A stretch of DNA of 63,979 bases, filler included. It is 10 parts of 10 records of this genome, joined end to end, with 100 filler letters (N's around TTAATTAATTAA, not from the genome) between each part and the next. Parts side by side here need not be neighbours in the genome. Positions count along the whole stretch, not along the records: positions 9,863 to 15,411 come from SRR7504441_579; positions 15,512 to 21,007 come from SRR7504441_581; 8 more parts are not named here. One strand, 5' to 3'. The position numbers and the translations under genes are program-made. Each line of letters opens with the position of its first letter. Within the stretch, counting starts at the first letter, position 1. Of the stretch, positions 10,285 to 21,107 are shown piece by piece. The notes below the pieces were generated by a model. It ran no database searches, was not told the DNA's origin, and was given only the letters and a program-made list of their open reading frames with translations.

Positions 10285-12046
10285 GTTTCGTATCGGCAAG
10301 CAGCAGCCCCGGCAGCTCGACATGTCCGGGATGAGCCTGAGCCAGCTGCCCTCGTTTGTGGTCGACCAGCAGCCGCACAGCCTCACCGCGCTCAACCTGT
10401 CCAACAACGAGCTGTTGGAGCTGCCGGAGGCCATGTCTCGACTCAAGAGTCTCTCGCTGCTCAGTCTGAGGGGCAACAAGCTCACCGGGCTCCCCGGCTG
10501 GCTTCCGAGTCTGGCCAACCTCAGCGCGCTCCAGTGCTCGGACAACGCGCTGGCCGGGCCGCTGCTCGGGCCGCCGATCCGGGAGCTGGGCCGACTGACC
10601 AAACTCACCAGCTTGGATGTCTCGCGCAACCAGCTGACCGCGATAGACGTCCAGATCGAGCAGCTGGCCGGACTGACGGCGCTGGATGTGAGCAGCAACA
10701 TGCTGGCCGAGCTGCCGGGCTGCCTGGGCCGGATGAACCTCAAGTTGCTCGACGCCAGCCAGAATCCGATCGGGCAGCTGCCCGCCGGGCTGCAACCGGC
10801 TAGACTGGAGGTCTCAATCCCGTCGCGCGCTCCCAACCCGGCGCTGCCTGGGCGGCTGTACATTGGCAGTCTGCAGGCCGCCCAGAACTACAATGCACTG
10901 CTCCGGCTGGACATATCTCGGGTGCTCAGCCTCACCCGCCGCCGGGCAGATGGGCTTGGGCTCGAGCTGTTGAGTGAGATCGAGTACTGCCAGTGTGCAC
11001 TGGATGACCTGGAATCCGAAGAGCTGATGCCGGTGCTAGCCCGGTGCTTGGGCTTTCTGCGCACCAACCTGACCGCCGACCGGGCTGTGATGGTGCACTG
11101 CGATGCTGGCAAGAGCCGGTCGGCCGCTGTGCTTGTTGGCTGGCTGATGGCAAGCACCGGCTGCAGCTACCAAGCTGGGCTGGACAGGCTGCAAGCGGCC
11201 TACCCAGCTGCTGCACCCAACGCCGGATTCGAGCGCCAGCTAAAGCAGGAACTCAGCCGACAGAACCCGGGACTCCCAGCAGAGCTCAGCGCCGAACTTG
11301 AGTTGATTCACAAGCTGGTAGAACAGTCAGCCGACAGGGAACCCGAGCCAGACCCAGTGCCGGCTATGCTTGGGATCGACAGTCGGGCCAAACAGGCGTA
11401 CGCAAGAGTGGAGCAGATGTACAGCCGGATGGTCCTCCGTGTCTCGACCAAACTAGAGGCCGCGGTGCTGCCCCAACGGCCTGTCAGCAGGCGGCGAGTG
11501 ACTGTGCAGCCAAGCCGGCTGCTTGCTCTACCCCGGCCGCTGGTTGAGCTGGTGATCGGACAGGCTGGACCCAGTGGGCTGTGCTTGCTGGCGCAGACAT
11601 GCCGGGCGGGTGAGCAACTGACCGAGTCGGCTGCACGCACAGAGGCTCGACGGGTCAAGAGTGCAGTGCAGAGGCCACAGTTTTCTAGCTGGAAGCGCTG
11701 TCTGCATGACTGCCTGCAGTCGCCTAGCAGCGCATTGGGCTCGCTGTGCTTCAGCACCGAGCTGGAAATCAGTGGTGGTGTACTGGTCGAGGGGTCAAGC
11801 TCTCCCAGGTGCTTAGCAGATGGCTCACCTGAAGCTTATTCGCCTCTCAGTACGCCTGAGTATTCGCCACTTGCGTCGCCAGTGGGTGCTGCTGTCTGTG
11901 ATGAGCTGTTCGAGGAAGGGCCGCTGGCGATCAGCGTGGCGGCTGAAGTGAATGTGTTTGACGAGATCGACCTCTTGGCGAATAGGTCTGCAGCCAACGA
12001 GGATGGTTGCTCAGAGCTGGGACTTCTGAGAGCACGGTCGACATGA
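10283..12046 (+). CDS. Leucine-rich-repeat dual-specificity phosphatase (LRR-DSP) with an F-box-like C-terminal segment
   Basis: About 7 LRRs (LNLSNNELLELP, LSLRGNKLTGLP, LDVSRNQL...). DSP motifs LYIGS, VHCDAGKSRSA and PNAGFERQL. F-box-like LLALPRPLVELVI...LCLLAQTCR. Confidence 0.88.
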   Translation: MFRIGKQQPRQLDMSGMSLSQLPSFVVDQQPHSLTALNLSNNELLELPEAMSRLKSLSLLSLRGNKLTGLPGWLPSLANLSALQCSDNALAGPLLGPPIRELGRLTKLTSLDVSRNQLTAIDVQIEQLAGLTALDVSSNMLAELPGCLGRMNLKLLDASQNPIGQLPAGLQPARLEVSIPSRAPNPALPGRLYIGSLQAAQNYNALLRLDISRVLSLTRRRADGLGLELLSEIEYCQCALDDLESEELMPVLARCLGFLRTNLTADRAVMVHCDAGKSRSAAVLVGWLMASTGCSYQAGLDRLQAAYPAAAPNAGFERQLKQELSRQNPGLPAELSAELELIHKLVEQSADREPEPDPVPAMLGIDSRAKQAYARVEQMYSRMVLRVSTKLEAAVLPQRPVSRRRVTVQPSRLLALPRPLVELVIGQAGPSGLCLLAQTCRAGEQLTESAARTEARRVKSAVQRPQFSSWKRCLHDCLQSPSSALGSLCFSTELEISGGVLVEGSSSPRCLADGSPEAYSPLSTPEYSPLASPVGAAVCDELFEEGPLAISVAAEVNVFDEIDLLANRSAANEDGCSELGLLRARST

Positions 12047-12093
12047 TTGGGTGCATGCATGTGATTGTTAGATCAGTCATCCACGTCTGCAGA

Positions 12094-15000
12094 TCAGTCA
12101 TCCTCCTCGCAGACGATCTCCTCCTCCATCCCGTCCTCCTCCTCGGCCTCGGGCTCGAACACAGGTTCCATCCCGATGGCAAAGAAGTTGATCTTGTCTG
12201 TGTCGCCCGACTTGATCAGTGCCTTCATTGCCTTAAGCTTGTCCCCGGCCTGGGTGTACTTCTTGCAAGCCAGGTGGTACTGGCCCTGCATCTTGCAGCA
12301 CTTGGCCAGCTTGAACAGCAGGTCCAGCCGCTTGCTGTTGTGTGCCTCGGCCTCAGGCCCGCTGGCCTCGTCCTTCTCTAGCGTCATCATCTCGGCCATC
12401 TGCTCAGTCACCATGATGTTGTGCTGTAGGCACAGATCCATCCCAAGCGTTATCTCTCCTGACTTGATGTACAGCATCACCGCCTTGTCAAACTGCTGGT
12501 GCTCTAGGAAGAAGGAGGCGCACCGCGAGAGCAGCTGCGGCGAGAGTGAGCCGGCATTGGCGTCCATTTCTTCGACCAGCTGCGAGAGCGAAGAGAACAG
12601 TTGGGCTTCAAAGCACAGCTGGAGCGCCCGGGTGGTGTCACCGGCCCGTGAATACAGGTGGACCGCCTTTTCGAACTGCCGGTGCTCCTCAAAGTAGTTG
12701 GCTGCCTCGATCATCGCCTTGGGCTGTGTGGCGCTAGAGGCCAGCCCCATCAGCTCGCCGTCCGCCTCACCGCACCGGCGCGCCACCCTGATCGCGTGGC
12801 TGGCCGAGCCGGTCTTTGCGTACAGCTGGACCGCGTCCTTGAGCTCGCCAGCGGCCTCGAGCTGCTTGGCCAGGTGGTAGATGGCGGCCTTATCATCGGT
12901 GTCCTCGCACAGCTGGAGCGCGGCTGGGAACTCGGCCTCAAAGCACATGATCCGCACCTTGGCCAGGTTGTTGTGCGAGCGGGTGTACGCCTCGAGCGCC
13001 GGGCCAAACTGGCTGGTCGACTCGCAGTACTGGCCCCACCAGTTGTGCAGCTCTGGCTCATCCTTGCGCTGGATGTACTGCTCGAGCTGCTGGAGCATCC
13101 CACGCGAGTGCAGCATCCTAGGCACCTCCCTGCAGTGCGCCTGCGCCCGCTCGTACGCCTCTATCGCGGCTGGGATGTCCCCGGTGCTCTCTAGGTACTT
13201 GGCCTGGTTAAAATGCACCGTCTGCAGCGCAATCCGCTCGTGCTTTTGCACCAGCTCAATCGCTTGGTCCCACGCACCCTGCGCCTGCAGCAGCTCCGCC
13301 AGCAGGTCGTAACTGCCCCCGGCTCAGCTTGGCACGGCGCACGGCGCACCGCTTGCACTCCTGGAACAGCCGAGCCGCGTCGCTGTACATGCCCAAGTGG
13401 AGCGCCAACACCCCCACTTGCGCGTCCTGCTCTTTGTGCCGCTTGGCCAGCCGCAGCGCCTGCCGCCCGGTTCACTCGCTCGCACCGGCCGGCCCAGGTG
13501 CGCACCTTGGCGGTCTTGGCGTCGCCCATCTGGCCAACGCATATCTCGGCCACATCGAGCCGCTTGGTCTTGACGCACATGTGGGCCATGTTCTGCCAGA
13601 CCGCCGGCGAGCTGATCTGCTTGACCGCCTGGTACGCCGCGTCCATCTCGCCAATTGTGAGGAAGAATGAGAAGTCGAGCACTGCAGTCCGGCTCTCACG
13701 GTCGATATCCTCCATTCCCTTGAAGTCGCGCATCACCTGCTGGCAGAGCCGCGGCTCGTGCTGGCGGGCGGCCCCCTCCTCCTGCTGGCTGGTCCGTGAG
13801 GAGTAGTAGATCCACGGCACTGCAATCCCGAGCAGCTCGCATGACTTGTCCTCGAGCATAAACGAGTCCTGGAGCACCACAGAGTGCTCGCGCGTGCCCA
13901 CGAACACGCACAGTTCCTCTCGCTCGTCCAGCTCGAGCCCGTCCACCGCGGCCTCCTTCCGGGCGTTTGCGGCTAGGCTGGTCTGGACTGCGAGCAGCCT
14001 GGGCTCGTCCGAGTCCCACCACTGCTTGCTTGGGCAGCGCATCCCAAACTCATGGAACGTCCACTTGTCACCCTCCACATCCAGCACGTACAGCCGCGTG
14101 TCCGGCACAAACAGTCCGTTGGGAAGCTTCATCGACGAGATGACGCTCACCCGCTGGCCAGAGCTGTTTACTCTCACAGACACGACCTCGCCCTTGGGGG
14201 TGCCGGCGGCCGTCGGTGGCGGCGGGTCACCCCCGGGCCCCGCGATCTGCTGCCAGAGGATTTTGTCCCGGTTGAACTCGAACCCAGCCCCAATTGGCTT
14301 GGGCTCCCTCCGGCCCACGTTCCAGAGTCTTATGGTGCCGGTTCTTGAGGAGGCGACCAGGAAGTTCTTGTTGAGGTCGAGCTGACAGACTGCGCCTTGC
14401 TGCTCGGAGAAGCTGACCTGGCTCTTGACCGTCCCGGCCCAGTTGCAGCCCTTGATCACCAGCGGCTCGCCTCGCTCGACCATAAAGAAACCGTCCTCAG
14501 CTGCTGCAAGCGCTATCACGCGCGCCTCAAAGCTGTGGAGCTTGGCCAGCTGGCTGCTCTCACTGTCTGGCCGCTCGTACACCAGCACCTGCTTGCCGTC
14601 CCACAGCACGGTCTGCTTGCCGTTGGTCGACACCCCCTTGACACTGCACTCCGGCCTGAGCACGTCAGGCCTCCCGTGTGGGACAGCCTGCACCAGCAGC
14701 CAGTCTGCAGCCGCCTGCAGGCATGCAAGCCCGCTGCAGACCGCGCTGCACATGACCGACTCGTTCAGCACCGACACCGTCTCCTGGGTGCCCACTGCCA
14801 GCCCACCGCCGCTCCCCCAGGTCAGCTGTTTCACCCCTTCACTCAGTTGCAGCCCTGGCATCGCCTCCCAGTTCTCCGCACCAGCGCCTGCCGTGTCAAA
14901 GATCGCCGGCGCGTATTGCCAAATGAAGATCCGTCCGTCGCGCGAGCCCGCGGCCAGCCGGCCGGACCTGTTGTTGAACGCGGCGGCCACCGCCCTGTCG

Positions 15001-15411
15001 CCGTGCTGGTCAGCGCCCTGGGCCGACATATCAAGCTGGAGCACGTAGTTCTCGCCTTCGTTCAGCTCGTACACCCGGAGCAACGGCTCGTTGGTCACTA
15101 CAACCAGCAGTCCGCTCCCGGCCCAGGTGGCCCCGCTGATCGATCCGTCCAGCCCGATCGACAGCTTGGTCTTGAGTGTCTGCTCCCACCGATCACCTTC
15201 CATCCGCCACTTCCAGAGCATGTTGGCCTTGGTCAGCACTACCACCTCGTCCGCGCTGTCGTGGTACTCGAGCGCCGCCACCGGAGCCTCCACCCCGAAC
15301 GCATCCAGGCAGCCGCTCGAGTCGTTGGCGTACCCTATAGAGCCGGTCCGGCCACCCAGCAGGAACGAGGCGCCGCCGTTGGCCTCAGAATCGGGCAGCG
15401 ACCGGAAGACG
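12094..15411 (-). CDS. IFT140: Intraflagellar transport protein 140 (IFT-A), 5' truncated
   Basis: WD40 region followed by TPR-like region. Hallmarks: FSFFLTIGEMDAAYQAVKQI, WQNMAHMCVKTKRLDVAEIC, EVPRML, QGQYHLACKKYTQAGDKLKAMKALIKSGDTDKI. Introns at 13460-13505 and 13313-13349. Confidence 0.95.
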
Positions 15412-15620
15412 NNNNNNNNNNNNNNNNNNNNNNNNNNNNNNNNNNNNNNNNNNNNTTAATTAATTAANNNNNNNNNNNNNNNNNNNNNNNNNNNNNNNNN
15501 NNNNNNNNNNNCCAGCGCCTGGGTTCAGGGCGGGCCGAGGACGTACCAGCCGGCCCGGTTCGACCCCGCGGAGGCCTCGCCGGGCCACCGCTCGCTGCGC
15601 CTGACGGCCTCTCGCCAGCT

Positions 15621-18600
15621 ATGCCCGGAATCGATACTCTGGCCGCCTTGTGTCTGCGGGATGCTGCTGCGCCAGCCACGGAGAGTCCCCCGGAGGGCGG
15701 ATGGCGAGCGGATCAAGCCGGTTCCAGGCCAGCTTCGCTCACGGTGCCCAGAGCGAGGCGGCGCTCTTGCAAACTGATCTCCGGTTGTCAGCCGAGCCCG
15801 TCGGGAGCCTCCCCTGGAATCGGCAGGCCCCCGCCAGGTGGATGCTTGCCCGGTCCGGCTGACTTGCTCGTGACTGGGCAGGGATGAACTTGGGCTCGCT
15901 AGTGACTGCATGTGGGCACGTGGAGACCCAGTTCGTAGCTCCGAAGGGGACACCGAAGCGGACACCGAAGCGGAGCTGCGGCCCAACACCGGCAGCAGCA
16001 AGCCGGGCAGTAACACCGGCTGCCCACTCTGGCCCTCGGACCAGCGCCTCAGATCGCTACCAACCGAGCCCAGAGTTCATCCGGGCTGTGCTTGAGGTGA
16101 TTGCCCGCATCTGGCCGGGGCGGGTTGCTGAGCCAGGGGTGCAGCTGAAGTCTGGCGACGCGCACTTGCTCACCAGCATACCGTACTTTGTGAACGAGCC
16201 CACAAGCTGCAGCCTCACTGTGCTCCGGCTGCCCGGGTTCGACGGGCCTGGAGACTTTCTGATCGATCTCGCGCACGTGCTGAGGCTCTTGGTTAACGAT
16301 GAGCTCACTGACAGGGCGGTGAGAGCAGGTTGCCTGACCAGGCTTTGACGGGCATTCTTAGGTGAAGGAGAGAAACCCTGGCAGTGTGGCCAAGGCGCAC
16401 CTCCAGCACGCAGTTGAAGAATCGAGCGACTACCTCGCCGACTGCAGCGTCATCCAGCTAAAGCAGCATCAGCTGTTCCACCATTCCCCTGTGCTGACAC
16501 TGGTGGCTGCCAGCTATGCTGCTCGCGAGCTCAAAGTGGACGACTCTGTACCCGTCACGCCTGTGTCTAAAGGGCGCTTCGGCCAGCAGCCAGCGGTGGA
16601 GAAACGAGAGGGGGCAATATTTGGACAAACACAATTCCACAAGCTTGCCAAACAGGGTTGTTTCAAGCAATTCTGTTCACGTGCCTCGCAACTTGGGCAG
16701 CCGGTGCTGGTGACCCCGCAAACCGAGGAGCCCGTCTCGAGGATCGACAACACGCTCGCTCGGCCGGCTATGGGCGGTGAATTTTTCAGCATTGACCCTG
16801 CGCCCATGCCAGTGCACAGTAAGAAAAGTCTGTTCGAGGTGCCTCCCAACACCCTCATGTGGAATCGGCAGACGAAGGAATCATACGAGTTGCAGTGCGG
16901 CTTTGAGATGGCGTGCGACAAGCCGGCTGAAGTCAAGGTTGGCACGCGTCTGAGGGCAATAATCACATCTGAGTGCAAACGGGCTGCTACCAGGACGACC
17001 AAGCCAGGGCTCCCACTGAGGAATTCGGATGGCAAACCAGGAGCGCCCAGTACGGATACAGTGGTGGTGAGAAGCGTGCACTCGCGGGTTTGTCTGACGG
17101 GCACGGTTGGCAGGCATTCCTTCGCGAATCTGCATTGCGGCCCAGCTACCTGCGAGGGATAGCTGCGGACCTGGACCCCGCGGAGCAGCTCGCGCTGGTC
17201 ACACTCGAGGCGATCTGTGACGGCAATACAGCGCTGGAGGAGTTCGTCGGCACAGCACTCGAGCTCCAAGACGACTCGGCCGGGCAAGGCTGGGACCCGC
17301 TCGATGTGGTTGTTAAGATGCCCAACGGACTGGCGTTGCTTGAGAAAAAGCTCGCAGCTGAGGAGAACGTGGAGGTGCTCGGCGGGATCATCAAGCGAGT
17401 GGTCAAGCGGCACAAGCTCGGCCTGTGCGAAGCGTTTCACAATGTCAGGACCGCCTGTGGAATTACTGAGGAGCAATATGTTTCAAATATCTATCAGCAG
17501 TTGGGAGTGATTTTTGAACAATGCTTTGGCCACAAGGTGGCTCCGACGCTGTATGTGCTGCGAGCAGCCAAGAGAAAGAAAACAGATGCCATGCTTACCG
17601 ATCTGAAAGTCAGCGTGACCGTCGACCAACGACCTGCAGCCCAAGCCTCAAACTGCAAGGCTGCACCATCCTTTGTGACCACTGGGGCACACTCGCGCAT
17701 AATCACTGCGTTCAGGAGATTCTTGCGGGCGATCAAACCCGCGGATCTAATCGAAATGTTCAACCCTGGCAACGGCACAGTGGTGCTGGCGCGGTGCATC
17801 GACGCAAAACACCTCAGCAAGTGGAGCAGTGGAGGTTGGGAGGCAGGCGTATCCGCTGGATACAAGGTGATCAATTTCCACTACAAGGGCAGGCCGTTAG
17901 CCGACTGGCGCAGGGTCATATTTCCAACCACGGTAAGCTTCAACGACGACCACTACGCCAATCTGGTGGTCCACTACGTTGCCGACTACGATGAGGAGGC
18001 CGAGCTGGAGGGCCAAGCGGTGTACATTGAAGAGCTGGTGCCGGTCTGGGAGGCCCGCCTTGGGCCAGACAGCAATCGGGTTGGGGCCAAACCAGACTGG
18101 TGGGAGCGCGGCATGTTCAAGTTCCGGTTCGAAGATGTTCCAGATGGGGCCGCCCGGACCAACATCTCGACCTGCCTCCCGAATACGTCAAATGCACAAC
18201 TCTCCGCTGGGTACTATGATAAGAACCTTGCTGCGTTGCTTCCATGGCTCGAGATCCCAGCCTCCCGCACGTACGAAGATCAAGTGTTTGTTATCGACTC
18301 TTACAATGCCAGGGAGTGGACCAAAACCCGCGAGAGCAGGCTCAAGCATGCTGAGTCGCTCTGCATAGCATACTGGAAGAAGTTCAGATCCCAAAACGAG
18401 CAGGCCGCCCTGGATGCCGCGATCGACGTCTCGACCAGGGCATTCAAACACGAGGCTGAGTGTGATGCCATTGGCCAATCTCTGCAAGCATTGGCATCGT
18501 GGATGCAGGAGTGGAGGCGCAAGCATGGCCAGGCAGCGCTGCCTGATGGTCTCCCTCCCAAACTCGCCTGGTCAAACTCAAACCCAACCTTGTGCCTCTC

Positions 18601-20868
18601 TGCGCCAGATCAGGCCAGGGTGGCCCAGATGGTCAGCCGTTTGATATGGAGTGAACAACAGGACCATATCCAACGGCTGACTGCGAAAGCCTTGCGATAT
18701 GTCACTCTGCTTGGGCTTGCGGTAGATGCACATTCGAGTCGTGCTCATAGTTTGCTGGAGAGCTACTCGCCTGCAGAGCTGCAAGTGATCATTGGTGCCG
18801 CACAATCGGAAGTGCACGGCCAGCGGTGCAAGCTGTCGAAGCTGCACCATGAGTATGAAGGTGCGGCTGTTTTGTTGATTGACGCGGAACTAGATGAACA
18901 AGAAACGCTGACCGCTCGACTTCAAGGACTGAGCATTCATCTGGAGCAGGCTAGTGCTGAGCAGTACTTTCCGTTACTGGCTGAGCAGTACTTACTTGAG
19001 GGGCGACTGGCTGCTTCACAGCAAGAGCTCCAGCAACTACGCCAGGTGCATGCGCTATCTCAACCTACAGTTGCATACCACGGCGATGATTACACCACAG
19101 CGGCTCGAGGCTTTGTGGCTTGTGAGACCGCGCTGGCGGCGCTTCAGGATGCTGCCAAAGTGCATGCTGCTTCCGCGCATTCGAAAGCAGCTAAGCAGGA
19201 TATGGCACGGCGCAAAATCTTTGCACGGGACGAGGGTTTTGGCTCGATACCGACACAGCCGATCGCACAAAAGGGAGCCTGTCAAATCGGACCAGGAATC
19301 AAGCATCATGGTTGGCGGACAGAAGGCTCCAAGCTGGCAAAGACCAATCTTGTTGCCAAAGCACGCGACTGCCAGTCCGGTGGCCTTGACAGGAGTGTCC
19401 AGAATCTCAAAGATGCACTGCGGCACCGAGGCGTGAAAAGGCAAATCGACCCAGATTCGACTGCTTACTGCAAGCTCGGCGATGGTGACCTGAAAGTGAT
19501 TCAAGAGTCATTCGATTGGATCGATGCCGCATTCCCCTGTGTTTGGGACCGAGAGATATTTCGGACCATCTTTGGGCACAGCCGGCTCATGATCGACCGG
19601 CTGCACACTGACCGGGCTGATCTGTGCGGCCGGGAGTTCGACTTCATTGGCTGGTTCGACCTGATGTTGTTTGTAATTGTCTGGGGGAACCGCGCCGTGC
19701 CATCTCACATCCAGCTCGCAAAGCAGACAGGTCACTATATCGACCACTGGCGTAAGGTGCTCGCTGAGTCAGGACTTGGGCACTTGCCCATTCGTGTATT
19801 CTTTGAGTCGGTCTTCGACTCCGCGCCACTGTGCCATTAACACACTTCTGGTATGGTGGCGAGGAGCTTGGCAGTGGGTACAAGGTCGAGCTGCAATACA
19901 AATTGTCGCAAGCTCGCCTTCTAATCCGATTCAACATCCACGGATCCGTGCACCATCGTATTGTGATACCATTTGGGCTCATAGCTGCCCACCAGGCGAT
20001 ACGGAACGAGGAAGGCGCTGGAGCTCACAAGATCAGCCTCCGTGTGAGCAGCCCGCACGTCGAGGTGCAGGTATGGGAGTCTAGTACTCGAAACCATGTA
20101 CCAAAAGCCGCATTGCCAGGTGGCCGGCATCTGCAAGACTTCAAGGTCTATTCGTTTCAAACCAAGACACCAGTAGCGCAGAGCCAGCTACTCACGATCG
20201 AAGCACACCTGCAAGATGTGAATGCAACTTGCGACGCAAGTCCGGAGCTGGATGGATTAGATGCCCAGCGGTTCACTCAGACCGAACGTCAATGCGAGGC
20301 ACCGGCGGCCTCGTCGGACCGGAGTGTACAGTGTACAGAGATTCCAGTGATAACATGCAAGGAGCTAGTGCTGGCTCAGTTGCGGGAGATGCGACGAGCC
20401 CATGAGCAGTTTCGAACTGGATGTCAGCTCGACTCTCTTGTGAGGCACTTCCAGATGGTCCAGTGTGCAGGGAGAGCGGCGCTGCTGCGACTCGAGGGCA
20501 ACAGAGTGGCTGCCGAAGAGCTCGCTCACGAGGCTAAGACCATTGCAGCCAAGAAACTGCAGCTGGAGAGGCAGCAAAAGGTCCAGGCCAAAGCCCAAGC
20601 AGCGGCTGCGCAAAAGGTCGAGGAAGCATGGTTTGCGGCCTGTGTGCCACCTACGGAACTCAGAGCTCGTGCCTCGGATGTCGAGCTCGTGCAGGAATGG
20701 CGGGGGAAGTGGAGGAGGAAGCGGGCTGAACAAACACCCAAACTGAACTACGTACACCGACCAACAACATCAAACACAATCATGTACAATAATAAGTTGT
20801 CTAATCGTCTAATCATAGTTTTACAATGCCAACGTTTCAAAATAAATCTCGCGGGTTTCAATGACTAG
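15621..20868 (+). mobile_element. RAG1/Transib-like transposase gene, spliced, with a frameshift near 19823-19830
   Basis: Exons 15621-15837, 15882-16318, 16362-17066 and 17114-19840, joined by frame-consistent GT-AG introns of 44, 43 and 47 nt. Continues in the -1 frame to 20868. RAG1-like motifs occur in order: EEQY...GHKVAPTLYVLRAAK; TVVLARCID (D 17801); FPTTVSFNDDHYANL; FKFRFEDVPDG (D 18143); GPGIKHHGWR; LPIRVFFESVFDS (D 19817). Confidence 0.75.
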
Positions 20869-21107
20869 TGTGAACTAAGTACATTCCACGCATACATCTA
20901 AGTCCACGCAATAGCATGGCTACATAGTGGGCTAATACATAATGTTACGTCGGTACTCGTACCCACACTCAGCTACACAGTCGCGGTCCGCAGGTCCAAA
21001 TGGCACCNNNNNNNNNNNNNNNNNNNNNNNNNNNNNNNNNNNNNNNNNNNNTTAATTAATTAANNNNNNNNNNNNNNNNNNNNNNNNNNNNNNNNNNNNN
21101 NNNNNNN

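Noticed and set aside
11835-11885. YSPLSTPEYSPLASP resembling RNA polymerase II CTD heptads
   Set aside because: Only two imperfect units with 8-residue spacing, which is insufficient.
17776-17782. Perfect RSS heptamer CACAGTG (also CACTATG at 62589)
   Set aside because: Both lie inside coding exons with no nonamer, as expected by chance.
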